Assembly (NCBI GenBank): GCA_013416795.1
Contig: RQSC01001135.1
Coordinates: forward strand, 106,410-164,600
Direction: 5' to 3'
Source of the DNA: Prasinococcaceae sp. CCMP 1430
Lineage: Eukaryota; Plantae; Prasinodermophyta
DNA: 58,191 bases
Shown here: piece after piece, positions 40,901-53,297 of the stretch
Numbering within the stretch: the stretch's first letter is position 1
Layout of the letters: each line of letters opens with the position of its first letter
Notes under the pieces: generated by a model
The model's database searches: none
What the model was told of the DNA's origin: nothing
What the model saw: the letters and a program-made list of their open reading frames with translations, nothing else
Made by a program: the position numbers and the translations under genes

Positions 40901-43900
40901 AATCGTCCTCCGATATGACCAGATCAATCTTGAGCGCGACCATCTTCGACTGCTTGAGCGTGAACTCCGCGGGGCCCTTCAGGACGATCTCCAAGAAACC
41001 CGTCATGTAATTGTAGAAATACGAGCCGCTGGGGTAAGAGGCATTCGTCGCGTCCAAGTTGGGCGTCGTCGGATTGTCCCACGTCGGCGTCGTCAAGGGC
41101 TCCACCTTTTCGTTCGCCTCGTCGTACACGTGCACCTGGTTGGGCACGCCGTAGAAGACGCGCAGGTGCACCCCCTCGTCGGGCGCGCAGTCCTTCAGCA
41201 TCAGCCTTGTGCGCTGCGGGTTGGTGCTCGAAAGGTACACGTCGCTCGTTGAGCCCATCTGCACCGTGATCGGAATCATGGACGTGCGAGACACCTTTCC
41301 GTTCCAGCCCATGCCGTACATGCCGGGCCCCGTATAGAGGGACATGTATCGATCGCCCGCCTGATGGCCCGCGCCCTCGTAGGTGCGCACGCCCACCGGG
41401 GCGATGCGACGCGAGTTGGTGTCTGGGTCCATGTTCTCGATGATGGCGTGCCGGTGCCGACCATTCGGGCACGCGTAGAAGGGCATGCCGTCGGCCGAGG
41501 CCGCCTCGGTGCGCGTACACCCTGCCCGCGGCAGCCCCGCGTGGTCGTACACGCCGGGCACGTCCAGCAGCGGCTCTGTCTGCGAGTCGTCGCCGTAGAC
41601 CCAGCGGGAGGCGCGCGGGATGAGCTCGCCCATCGTGCGGCGGCTCTCTGGGTCAGTGTACTGGAGCGCCCAGTCCCAGTCCAGCTCGTTGACGGGGATG
41701 AGCGTCCCGGCCGTCGAGTTCGTGAGAGTGCCATCGCGATCGATGTATATTCCGTTGCGGCGCGCGTCGCCTGAGAATTGCGCCGTCGTGCGGTCCCTTG
41801 CCCTGTCGCCCTGGGCGTTTTGGGCCAGCTTGGAGAACATGAGCCGCGACTCGGCGTCCACGGTTTCGCTGAAGGTCAGCCCGCTCGTCTCGATCGAAAT
41901 GGTCTCGTCATGCCACGCGAGGCCCCAGTTGGCCCCGACGTTTGAGCTCACCATGGCAAAGTTGCGGCCGGGCTGGCCCCTGTCGTCGACGCACGTGCCG
42001 AAGCTGCGGAACTCCATGTCCTTGAGAACGGTGCCCCCCATCATTGCAGGGTTGCCGCCGATCTGGTTCGGGCGCCAGGGCTCGTTGCCGCCGACGAACA
42101 CTGTCGCGCGCACGCCGTGGTTGCCGCAGCGGCCGCCCGCGGGGCCGCCGACAACGGTCCACCCCTCGAGCTTGACGTGCTTGTCGCGCGCGCTGTAGCC
42201 GTGAGCCTTCGGGTTCCCGTTGTCGCTCCAGCCCGCGTAGGCCGTCGTGGCGTCCACGACGAGCATCCTCTTGAGCCATATGGTGGGGCCACCCATTGGC
42301 TTGCCCACGCCGTAGGACATGGTCGAGTAGATGGTCTGGTCGGCGTGCGCGACGCACTCCATGGGCCTGCCTCGGAATACCTTGCCTGGGTACGCCCCTT
42401 CAGGCGACGGGCGAGTCGTCGATGCGGTGCTCCGATGGTGCCTGCCGAGCTTTTCGACGATGGTGGCCCCTGGAACGTAGCCGACTCTCGACGAGTGCGC
42501 CACGTTGCCGCTGTACAGCGACTCGATGTTGGTGTCGCCGATCTGGTCACAGAAATAGCCCTGCGCGGCGATGCCGACAAATTGGCAGCCCGCAACGGCG
42601 TTGTTGAGGATCCTCCCGGTGGCCATCTCGGCGCGCTCATAGACGTCAAATTTCGCCGTGATGCACCTGCTGCCGACCATCTTCATATAGTCCGCCCTCA
42701 GGTCGCGCACGTGAATCACGAGGTTGTTCTCCACGGCGTGGCGACCCAGCGATGTGATGCCACCGCCGAGGGCTTTGTAGATGACGTTGTTGGCCATGAT
42801 GGCGCCAGTGTTCACCGTTTGAGCGCCGAGCCCTTGGAACGGGTTGTACTTGGCATAGCCGTCCACCTTGAGGGCCGTTGCGTACGTGCCCTCGAAGACG
42901 TTGTTGCGAATCTTGGCCGTGGCGCCGGCGTACGGCCCGTCCGGTCTGAGCACGCCGCGGCCATCCGCGACGTCGTTGCGGTTGAAGCCGAAGCCCTCGA
43001 CTCCGAGGCAACCCGCGCCATTCTCCGTCTGGCCGCAGCGGCTCAGCCGCACGCCGTCGATGATTACCCGGCCCTGGAATATGCGTTCCGCGCACAGGGG
43101 CGTCCTATCCCCTTTGTAGCTCTCGATGACGGCGCCCAGCTGATTCGCGTCGCCCTCATCTTCGGCGCCGCGGAACTCGACGTTCATCGCGCCGAGCCAT
43201 CCCACCTCGGCGCCGGGCACGCCCGCCGCGTCGCCGCTCCTGGGGCCGAAGTGGTCGTCCCGAAGCGGCGCGTCCAGCGTCAGGCGGTACACGTCTTCGT
43301 CGATGGTGCGCACGCCAGTCACGAGGCGCACCTCGTCCTGCGTGTAGTTGTGCGTCGACGGCGCAACGACGATGCGAGCTCCGTTCCACTGGTCGCTGGA
43401 GATGCCATCGCCCACGCTGATGTCGATGGTGGTGGCTCCGGCGAGCGCGTCGGCCGTCAGCCGGCTCCACGTCGCCTTGGTCTCGCCCACGAGGGACACG
43501 GTCCCAAAGTTCATCAATCCCTTGCGCTCGGTTCTGCCGTACGGGTGGCGCATTGCCGCGGTGGTCCTCCAGCTCCCGGTGAGCTCGATGACTCCGTGTC
43601 CTGTGAAAGGGGCTTCCTCGGTACCGATGATGAGGCTCGCCTCGGCGTGCACGATGACGATCTGGCTGCGCAGGGCCACAGTGGTGCTGGACCCTGCCGA
43701 CTCGAAGCTCAGCGTGCCAAACACATCCACGCGCGACGCTACCTCGGTCTCCACGCAGCCGCCGCTGCCGAGCGTCACCGTCCAGCCGCTCTTGATGATG
43801 ACGTGGGCGTCCATGGCAGGCGCACCCGACCACCCCACGGGGTTGCCGTCGTCGTCCAAGGGATCGACGTCACACCAAGAAAACGTGGCGGGGGCCTCGG

Positions 43901-46900
43901 CCACGGGGACGTCCTCTGCTCGTTCCGAGCATGGGGTGGTTCGCGGGTGCCACGATTCAGTGCGCGTTCAGGGCGTGTCAGCGCCGAGGGCGCGAGGACT
44001 CGGAGCTCGCGGCGCGCACGACAGCGCTGCTCGCGCAGCGCAGCTCCGCGGTGGCGCGGCTCCGCGGCAGCGAGCGGGCGCTGCTGCGAAAAGCTCGCAC
44101 CTTGGAAATAGTCCTCCGATCCCATGCAGTTGGGGGATACGTCCGAGCAGTACTCGCCCCTAGGGCAGTCCCTCTTCGAGTACATGTAGAGCTGCGTGTT
44201 CCCGTGCGCGCACGCGTTGAGGTCCATCTCGCAGACGTTGTGGTGGTCCACTTGGAAGCCATCGGCGACTTCGCTATTGGCGGGATAGTCTGTGGACAGA
44301 TACCGCGGCGGCAGCCCTCGTGCAGCCATGATAGGCGTAAGACCGGGGGTATCGGGGTCTTCGAACCAGTCGGCTGGCGGCCACGTGTCCTCCGGCCCGG
44401 TATACCAGGCATAGAGCTCGTACTGCCACCTTCCCGTTTGAGCGAGGGCGTAGCTATTGTTGTGGGTCTTGCCGCCGGGGAAGGACGTAATCAAGAAGCA
44501 ATCTTTCCTGCTCACCCCATACTCGATGCCCACGCAGCTCCACCTGCGCGTGCATAGGTACATGCACTCGTTGCGGGTCAATGGCCTGCTTGGTCGCTGC
44601 TTAATGCACACTTCGCCGCCTGGTCCGCACTCGCTGGGCAAGGCGACGTTCTTGGCGTTCGACAGCCTGCAATTTTCGGTGGGCTCGCCGTCGCTTTTGA
44701 GGCAAGTGAGCCGCGTGAAGCCGCGGGGAATGTCGGTCCCACGATACGACTTGCTCGAGAGGAGCATCTTGAATGTGCCCTCGAAGCCGAGGTTCTCAGG
44801 GTTGGACACGTTGGGGACGTACGCCCAGTCGCGCGCACCGTTCGTGACGAAGTCGAAGCCCGACCAACCAGCGTCGAAAGAGACCTCATTCCGTCCCAGC
44901 CTGGTGAAGTTGTTGGTGGTCGCGGCGGAGTACTCGGGCCCCCACTTGGTATTGTAGTGATCCGGCAGGTCGGTGGACCGAGTCGTGAGCACGGCCCACC
45001 TATTCGCAATATTGCCGCGAAGCTCACCAGCCGACCAAGACTTCAGAGCGGGGTCCCAACCCGTGGGCAGGTAGTGCCTGATCTCGTGCTCCACGGGGGG
45101 CTGGTCGCTGGGCATGAGCACGACGGTCATGTGGTTGTTGTAGCGCCGCCCCATGGTATCGTACATATAGAAGCGCGCCTTGGAGAAGCCGAACTCGGTG
45201 AACACGTAGAAGTCGGCGGAAGCCAGCCCCCAGGACTTCCTGCGCACCTGCAGGTGGCCGATCGTCACCTTCGAGGCGTCGCACACCGCGCCGCCCACGA
45301 GCGCGCTGGGCACGCATATGTCACCCCCTGGGAGGTGGCCCAGAGCGCGCGTCTGCGCGGGCGCGCCGAACGCCGCAGCTGCTTCGGCCTCCTCTTCGTC
45401 CATCTCGGACACCAAGCCCGGGACGAGCGCGTGCAGGTACGCGCGCGTGCCAGTGCCCGCTACGCTGCCGTCCATGTCGAGGATGGTGCCGCTCTGCCCC
45501 GCGGAGACGTCGAAGGTCACGCGCATGGTGCCGGCCTCCTCTCCCAGGAACGTCGCGCCAACCACTCGCGTCTGGAAACCCCTGTCGGATATCGACATCG
45601 CCGAGGACTCCTTGAAATCGACGAAGGTCGGGTCCTTGACGAAGACGTTGCCGCCATCGGGGCCGCCGATGCCGCACCGTCCGGACCCGTGGGTCTTCCT
45701 GAGGGTGTCCACGTCGATGCTCTTCTTGCAGCCGCCACCCTGTGCGAGCGGGCCGGGCGCGCTGTCGATAAAGACCGGGTTCAGCAGCACCGCGGCGTTG
45801 GTGTTGGCCTCGCTCCACCACCGGTCCGACTTGACGTTCAAGTAGTCGATCCCCACTGGCTGCGCGGCGAACGTCCAGTTCACGAACTGAAGGTGGCCGG
45901 TGCCACCCACAGTCGCCGCCCCCGACGCGTGGTTCCCCCATGCGACGCAGTTGCTCATGACGCCCGAGATGCGGTGGACGTCGGCGCTGCCGTACCTCCA
46001 GTCCACGGGCGTGGCGGTGTTCGTGGGATCCACCTCGGAGAGCCAAAAGCCTGAGTCGCCGTTCGAGTGCGCCACGTTTCCGTCGAAGACGCCCAGCGGC
46101 TGGTTGCGGCAGTACACGCTGGCGTCTGCCGATGGCCCGGTCGGGTGGGCGGGCGCGTCGAACCAGAAGCCGAACGAGTGCCCGCCCACGGCGCGGTTCC
46201 GAATGAAGTTGTTGTTGGGGTTGGTGATCCAGAACACGGCTGGCGTCTGATCGGTGTTGAGCAGGCTGAAGGCGCGGTGGGCGATGAGGCCCACATTCTC
46301 CGTGTACGTATTGCCAGTCTCGATTCCATCCTCGACGAAGTACTGGTGGCCCATCGAGTTGTACGCCACGTTGCGCTTGATGTTGAGGTTGTGGCATGCG
46401 TGTGCGGTGATGGCACGATTGAACGTCTTGTGGATAGCGCACCCCTCGATGTTGGACTCGCTCTGGTCAGAGCCGTGCGTCTCGTACGGCTGGCCCACGG
46501 TGTGGATGTGGAAGGGGTAGCGCCCGAGTGCGTAGGCCTGTCCAGCGAAGGTGGTCTCGACGTACAGGAGGTTGACCTTGCCGCGGAGCACCATGACGTG
46601 CGACCCAAAGAAGGGGTCGTTCTCCGTGCCCTTGATGCGCACGTTCCGCGTGAGGTGCAGGACTTCGGCTCGGATATCCACGCTCTTGCCGTGGCTCGTG
46701 TGGGTGTAGCCGAAGTGGGTGTACTTCAGCGGGGAATCGAGGCCGATGTCGGTGTACCCTGCGCCGGCGGTGACGCTGGTGATGGTCTTCTCCTCACTCT
46801 CGCAATCGTCGTCAACGCGCGCCAGCGTGCACGCAAACTCGCTGCCCCAGCCAGTGCCGGCGATGGCGATCGCGTCTCCCACTTGCCAGTTGGCGGCGCC

Positions 46901-49900
46901 CTGGATGCGGATGACGCTGGCGTTGGCCTGCGCGGTCGACTCGAGGAGCGACCACGTGGGCGACGACTCCTTGCCGCGCATGTAGAGCTCGCCATCGGTC
47001 ATCGCCAGCGTCTTGATGCCAAACTTTGGGAGCGTGAGAGTGCCGCGCGTTCCGTGCAGGAGCAGCTCGAAGTTGTGCGGGTGCGCGGCTGCCTCGCTGC
47101 CCACCTGGAACTTGCCAAAGGCGCCATTGACGATGACCGCCTGCGACTCGAGCCGCAGGTCGCCCGCGTCGTCGGCAATCTTCAGCGTGCCCTCGACCAC
47201 CCAAAAGCGGATGTAGACGTCCGTGTCCAGGACCAGCGTCGTGTTGGCAGGGATGTAGACGATGTCGGTGTCGGCGCTCGAGGGCACCGAGTCGCCACCC
47301 CACGTGGCCACGTCGCTCCACCTGTGCTCGAGCTGGTCCCCAGGACTCATCGCGAGAAGCCGACGCCTCGCCGCGGCGCCTTCGAGCGCGGCGGGCTTCG
47401 CCGACGAAAAGGCCATCGAGCCCGGCACACCAGGAGTGCGCGCGGGCAGCGCGCCGATCTCTTCCTCGCTCAGCACGCGCGCGGGTGGCGTCGTGTCGTC
47501 CCAGTGGCCAGCGTGAGGAGGGCTGCGCATGGTTTGCCGCCTTTCCACCGCGATGGGCGCGCGCGCCCGCTCGGGTTCGTCGGGCTCCTGCGAGTCGGCG
47601 GCGCCACCGAGCACCGCGGACCCCGAGGCCGTCGCCGTCAGGCGCCGCCGCCCGCCGCCCGCAGCAGCGACCTCCGACAGGTCGGTCGTGCAATTGGCGA
47701 CGCCCGCCCTGCATGCCACCTTGGCGCCCGCCGCGGTGCGCAGCTGGACGTGCGGCGTGGCGCTTCGGAGCGAGAAGTGGCGATCGAAACCGGGCAGTGG
47801 CAGGTGACTGACGCCTCCCTGCTGCACCAGCTCAAGCTCGACGGTCGTGCTGCCAGCCGCCACCACCAGAAGCAGATCGGCCAGGACGACATCGTCTAGC
47901 ACGGCGGCTACGCCCCAGTCGATCTCCAGCGTGCGCGTGCCGCAGCCCTCTACCGAACCCGTGCCCACCTCGCGCACGGTCACGTCCAAGCCGGCGAGCA
48001 GGCCATTGATGGCCGCCTCCCACGCATCGGGGCCGGCGCTTGGGTTCACGGTGGCCACAGCCGCGCCACCCGGGAAGGACGCGCCAGTCATCGTCAGGGT
48101 CACGTCTCCGAACTGGGGATCGTCCGAGGACAACTTCGTCGGCTGATCGGGCGCGTCGCCCGAGAAGGTCAGCCCAGAGTAGTCGGCCGTGAGCACGAGG
48201 TCGCCTGAGATGCCATCCCGCGGCCCAGCCCCATCGATGCACCCGCCCGCCCGGCGGATCGAGACGCCCACCTGGTTAAAGGTGCGCGTCGCCGTGACTA
48301 CCGGCGCTGCCGCGGCGCCCTCGGTGAGACTCGCGACCGAGCCACCGAGGGCAACGCCGGTGAGCGACACCGGTGCCGAGTGGAGATGGATCTCATCGAT
48401 GAAGAAGTCCTCGCCCGAGAGGTAGCGGTACTGCGCCCCGGGGGCGCTCTCCTCCATTGCGGAGCTGCACCACTCCTCGCGGAAGAGGCGGAACGTGGGA
48501 GACATGAAGCGCAGGGATTTAATGCCCGCTTGGATGGCGTCTGATGACATGTGCCAGTCGGAGTTCACCATCGTCGCCTGCAGGTCGATCTCGGCCACGT
48601 GCCACTGGCCGTCGTCGATGAAGGTGACGCCGGTGGGCCCGCACGGCGGGATGTCCCACGCCGTCGACGGGAAGTCGGGCTGAGTCCAAGTCATCGGGAT
48701 GGAGCACCTATCCCCGGGGATCCCGACTTCTCTGTTGTCCTTTTTCGTCGTGATGACCAGGTTGACCTTCGTGCCGGCGGGGATGAGATACGCGAACGAA
48801 AGGTAGCGCGCCTCGTTGTCGAGGCGCTTGAATCTGTAGCGGACGGAGTGGAAGTCCCATCCGTTGAAGATGCCTGTCCCAGGGGCCGCGTCGGACGGGG
48901 AGATGCGCATCGACCCGCGCCCGCAGAAGGCCGTCGAGTAGTCCAGACGCCCGCCGCCCTGCCAGGTGCCCAATTCGCTCTCGAAATCGTCCGCGAGGGC
49001 CTCGCCCGGCGTGCGGCTGCAGTTGCGCCACGCCATCAGGCCGCGCACCGCCGCGTCGATGGTCGTCGAATCCGCGTCCCACGCAAGCGGCGGCGTCGTG
49101 CGCCCCGCGCCCAGACTCAGCGTGAAGGAGCCGCCGGTGGCGCTGTTCAGGTCGATGCTCCACATGTTGCTCAGGTCACCCCCACCGCTCTGCGAGGAGC
49201 GGGCGACGAGACGGTGCTTGGTTGCCTTGACGATCCCCGACGCTTTCGGAGCGTCCTTGAGTGGCCATGCCGTCTCGACGCCCATGGCAAAGGCCCCCTG
49301 GAAGTCCATCCACTCTCGTCTCGCCTGCGTGCTGTGCAGCGTGGTGAAAACCTCAAGGGCGTGCCTGCTGCCCGCATCCATCGCGAACCAGTCGGACTTC
49401 TTGGGGTCGACCTGCGCCGTCCGGGTGCCATCCACGCGCATCGCCACGCGGTACCTATTCGCCGCGTGTGGATTGTGCTCGAAAAACTTGATGCGCTCGC
49501 GCGACTTGTAGTCAACACCGAAGCGGAACAGGGCCGACTCGGGCGCCTCGAAGAAGCCCGAATAGTACCCGAGCACGCTGCGGCCGTAGCCGTCGGGAAG
49601 GTCAGGGAAGACATGCCCGTGCTGGAGCGTCCCGTCGCCCCTGTGGCTCACCACCGCCCCGCTCACGGTGGGTTGGCGCCCGGCGCGACGCATGGCCCAG
49701 ATCTTGCCAAGCGCGTCGAACTTTGCGTCCGCGTACTGCGTCCAGAAGCCCGGCTGGAAGTTGCTGTACATGGTACCGACAGGGAAGCCCCACAGCTCGC
49801 GCTGAAAGCCGCTCGCGCCCACGTAGGGGTCTTCGGGGAAGACCTCAGCGAACGCAAAGCCCTGAGCGCCCGAACCGGTGCCGTTGACGCCCGCCCACAG

Positions 49901-51255
49901 CGCGGGCGAGGCACCGTCGGCGGCCCGGCCCGCAGCGAGCGCGTCGATGTCGTCGTCGCCCGAGACCTCGCACTCGAGCCAGGTGCCGTCGCTCGCGCGC
50001 GACACCACGGCGCAGTCCGCGCCGCCACCGGAGTGCCGCTCCGCAAGGGTGATACTCGCTACCTCGCCCAGGAGCGTGCCCTCTACGCGCAGGCGCCGGG
50101 CGCCCACCGCTGTGATTGACGTCGCGCTGGCGACCACTTGCAAGGCGGAGGTCCCCGACGCCTTGGTGTAGGTGAGGTGTGACGACGCCGGGGGCATCCC
50201 CGTGTGCCACGGCTTGACGCCAAACCGGGCAGGCATCGAGACGCCGGCGCCCCTGAGGGCGCTGTCCACGCCGCCGCCGAAGTTGACCGACAGCGGATAG
50301 TGGCCCGCCGGCAGGTCGGCAGGGATTCTGCACTGGAAGGCGGACTGCACGCAGTGGCAGCCCTGCCTGTTGCACTCGACGCCGGTTCGGCCGTTGAAGT
50401 AGTGGTCGGGGTGGGTCACGACCGCCTGGTAGAAGGCCCCCAGCCCGTACGGGGACGGCCTGCGGAGCTCACACGAGAAGTTGCCGCCCAGGCCCACGCG
50501 CGCGACGTTGGCGAGCGCGGGCAGGCGCTCGGACTCGGCCACGCCCACGCCAAAGGTCCTCAGGGCGAGCGCGAGCTCGGCGTCCTCGTCTTCGAAGGCG
50601 ATCGCCTCGCCCTCCTCGTCCACCTCGGAGGATCGGCCCGAAAGCACGTCAGCGAAGCACATGTGCCCGCCGACGGTGATGACGTCGCCGGGCGACGCCG
50701 CCTTGGTGGCGTGGGTGATCCTGGGCGTCAGGCGGCTCGACTGCTCGAAGAGGCACCTGTTGTTCCCCGCACCACAGCTGCCGGTGTTCCACCTTGGAGC
50801 CCCGTTTCTCGTCTGAACGCTGCCGCCCTGGCCGTCGATGTAGACGTAGACGAAGGAATCTCGGGCTTGGCAGCCGCGCCCTGTGTACGGCCCGGCCGCG
50901 TCCGCGTAAAACAGCATCTCGGCGGCGGCGGCCTCGTCCAGCACCGGCCGCGTGACGCACACGAGCTTGGTGGGGTTGCTCAGGTAGTGGATGACGTCGC
51001 ATGTGTTGCCCATGGGCGAGCCAAGACGCACGACGACGCGCTCGGAGAGCGGCGCATCGCTGTCGGCCGCCAGCGACGCCGGCCATAGGTTCGTCCCCCT
51101 GATGGTCAGGCGCGTGCCGCCCAGCAGCGACCCGCCGCGGGGCTCGACCGAGCTGACCGTCGGCAGCGCGGCGAGCGCCGGCCTCAGGGCGGGGCTCGCG
51201 CACAGCAGCAGCGCCGCGAGGAGAGCCCCCGCGAGCGCCGATGCCGATGCGCCGC
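37853..51255 (-). CDS. Giant fibrocystin-L/PKHD1L1-like cell-surface protein (~4,400-4,600 aa): signal peptide, IPT/TIG, PA14, two G8 + beta-helix modules, PAN-like, Cys-rich, SPPP-rich, cadherin-like sandwich and VWD/C8-like; exons >51255..44101 and 43915..37853
   Basis: The frame is open upstream of 51031: ALLAALLLCASPALRPALA-ALPTVSSVEPRGGSLLGGTRLTIRG. G8-1 HRWSDVATWGG..VYIPANTTLVLD; GQAYALGRYPFHIH; AIHKTFNRAIT; GHQYFVEDGIETGN; G8-2 VIIKSGWTVTL..LIIGTEEAPF; SEDDFY..LVSNIALLMNVPRSRIRIV. Phase-1 intron 44100..43916. The frame across the 39758-39989 gap cannot be determined; the ATG lies in the 51256-51536 gap. Confidence 0.88.
39180..40130 (-). repeat. Ser-Pro3-5 (extensin/HRGP-like) coding repeats of the giant protein: 39180..39316 and 39676..40130 (gap inside); a further block at 37865..37930
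   Basis: (CCG AGC CCG CCG..) arrays translating as SPPPP. Confidence 0.9.
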
Positions 51256-51732
51256 NNNNNNNNNNNNNNNNNNNNNNNNNNNNNNNNNNNNNNNNNNNNN
51301 NNNNNNNNNNNNNNNNNNNNNNNNNNNNNNNNNNNNNNNNNNNNNNNNNNNNNNNNNNNNNNNNNNNNNNNNNNNNNNNNNNNNNNNNNNNNNNNNNNNN
51401 NNNNNNNNNNNNNNNNNNNNNNNNNNNNNNNNNNNNNNNNNNNNNNNNNNNNNNNNNNNNNNNNNNNNNNNNNNNNNNNNNNNNNNNNNNNNNNNNNNNN
51501 NNNNNNNNNNNNNNNNNNNNNNNNNNNNNNNNNNNNCGGCCGGCCCAGGGCCGAACCCGAGCCCGCGGCCCCGCGGCCCGCGCCGGAGCGCGGACCGCGC
51601 AAAACGCGGATGAATCTCCCTACCAAAAACGCTCGCGCGCGCGGTCACGGTCGCGGTGGTTGTACGCGGGACGGGGGCGGGATTGTAACCGCTCATCGGA
51701 CCCCGTTTCATCAATCAATCTCAATCTCAATC

Positions 51733-52087
51733 TCAGCCCCCAACCAACCAGGGAGTGCCACCATCAGACTGGGTGTACGACGTGGTGGGAAGCCAGCCGG
51801 CCGCGTAGGGAGTTCGTAGGTCAGACAGGAGCTGACTGCCAGACTGACTGATGGGTGGGTGTACGTGTGTGTGTGTGTGTGTGTGTGTGAGTGTGTGCGT
51901 GTGTGTGTGGGTGTACGCGCGTGCAAGCGTGTGTGCAAGGGTGTGTGCAAGTGTGTGTGCGCACGCGTACGATTGTGCAGCAAGCGTCAGAGCATGCGTG
52001 TGTGTGTATGTGTATTTGCGCGCGCGCGTGTGTGTTTGTGTGTGCACGCGCGAGCGCCCGCGCACCTTGGCCTGCTCGTCCGACATG
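51733..52087 (-). CDS. Possible small spliced ORF beginning MSDEQAK, followed by a GTGCGC donor
   Basis: ATG TCG GAC GAG CAG GCC AAG|GTGCGC at 52087..52067, using the same donor type as other genes here. The second exon is ambiguous among several CAG acceptors near 51840-51850. Confidence 0.25.
51865..52050. repeat. Degenerate (GT)n/(CA)n microsatellite region
   Basis: Direct reading; possibly the intron of a small minus-strand gene. Confidence 0.85.
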
Positions 52088-52667
52088 GCGCGCGCGTGCG
52101 CGCGCGTGGCGTGCGTGTGCGCGGGGGCGCGCGCGCGCAGCGGCGCGAGCNGCGGCGGCGGCGCGCCCGGCCGGCTGTGCCCGCGCGCGGCCGTCCCGCC
52201 AACCAACCAGGCAGCACAGGCAGACGGGTCAACCACCTCGTCGCTCGTCGCATGTCGGTCGCGGAGGTGGAGGGGGGGCGCGTGCACGCGCCGGCCGGCC
52301 GGCCTGTTTTTGTTTGGCGGGCGAGAGAGACGCAACGCATGCGTTGTGATGGGGGTGCGTTCCCCGACCGACCGACCGAGCGGCGCGGGCGGAACGCCGT
52401 GGCGGCACGCGGCGCGGGGACGGGGACCGGGGGAGGGGGAAGGGGGAGGGGGAGGGGGAAGGGGGGGAGGCGGGGGAGAGAATCCGACCCAGAGATGATC
52501 AGTCGGTCTTTAGTCAGATCAGTCGGTCGGGCGCAGCATGCAGGGCAGGCAGGCAAGGGGCTCACGCCGCTGCCTGTGTCGCTATCAGCAACAACAACAA
52601 GCAACGAGCGAGCGGCCGGCCGGGACCCGCCGCAGCGCGCCGCCGGCATCGTCGTTTTGCTTGCAGC

Positions 52668-52950
52668 CCTCGAAGCCTCTACCTCGAAGAAGGACCAGAC
52701 CGAAGAGCAGGAAGGTATGTGTGTGCACACGCCGCGGTCGCGCCAACAACTGCGATGGTGCGCGTGGCACTTGTATGCCTGTTTGGCTGACACAGACAGT
52801 GCCTCTGTGCGTCGAGCAGTCGTCGATACACCTGCTCCCGATGAGGCCGAAGCCGAGGGCGAAGCCGAGGCCGAAGCTGACGCCAAGGCTTCCGAGAACC
52901 AGGTCGACGTGCAGTACAACAAAGACAACGACGCCAACAGCCGCAGGTGA
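52668..52950 (+). CDS. 3' part of a small acidic hypothetical protein; exons ..52714 and 52796..52950; 5' end unknown
   Basis: Strongly GC3-biased codons (DEAEAEGEAEAEADAKASENQVDVQYNKDNDANSRR). 81-nt intron GTATGT...GCTGACACAG with branch site. Confidence 0.45.
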
Positions 52951-53297
52951 TCCGCCGAACGATCTTCCCGCCTCCGACGCCCGGACGCCCATAGACTTTC
53001 CATACGATGCGCCCAACGCACCTGGGCGACGCAGCGTAGTAGGCGAACGCTCTCCCTAACCCCCTCACCCGAAACGGTGGGGTACAGCGAAACGCAACGG
53101 TTTGGGTTTTGAGTTAAGGTTTTATTGTAGGGCTTCTCGGCCCACGATCGCGCGCGAGTGCACGGCCACGCGGCAACTGCGGCGATCGTCCCCCCGAGAG
53201 TGGAGAGGTGGGCAGGGGCCACACGGCGCCCAGAGGGCGGCGCGCGCCGCTCCGCGCGGTGTCGCAGTACGTCTCGACACGCGGCGACGGCGCCCGC

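Noticed and set aside
42117-50119. Long plus-strand ORFs (664, 365, 610 and 522 aa) antisense to the giant gene
   Set aside because: Shadow ORFs expected at this GC content; Arg/Ala/Gly-rich with no motifs.
37853-51255. Bacterial HGT or viral origin of the nearly intronless giant gene
   Set aside because: It has a eukaryotic signal peptide, a spliceosomal intron, SPPP stalks and host-like GC; other host genes here (RIO2, ABC1K, TCF25) are also intron-poor.
51987-53222. Minus-strand 411-aa ORF with an apparent signal peptide and Cys/His cluster
   Set aside because: The opposite strand shows better codon bias and a canonical intron with branch site; the Cys/His cluster falls inside that intron.
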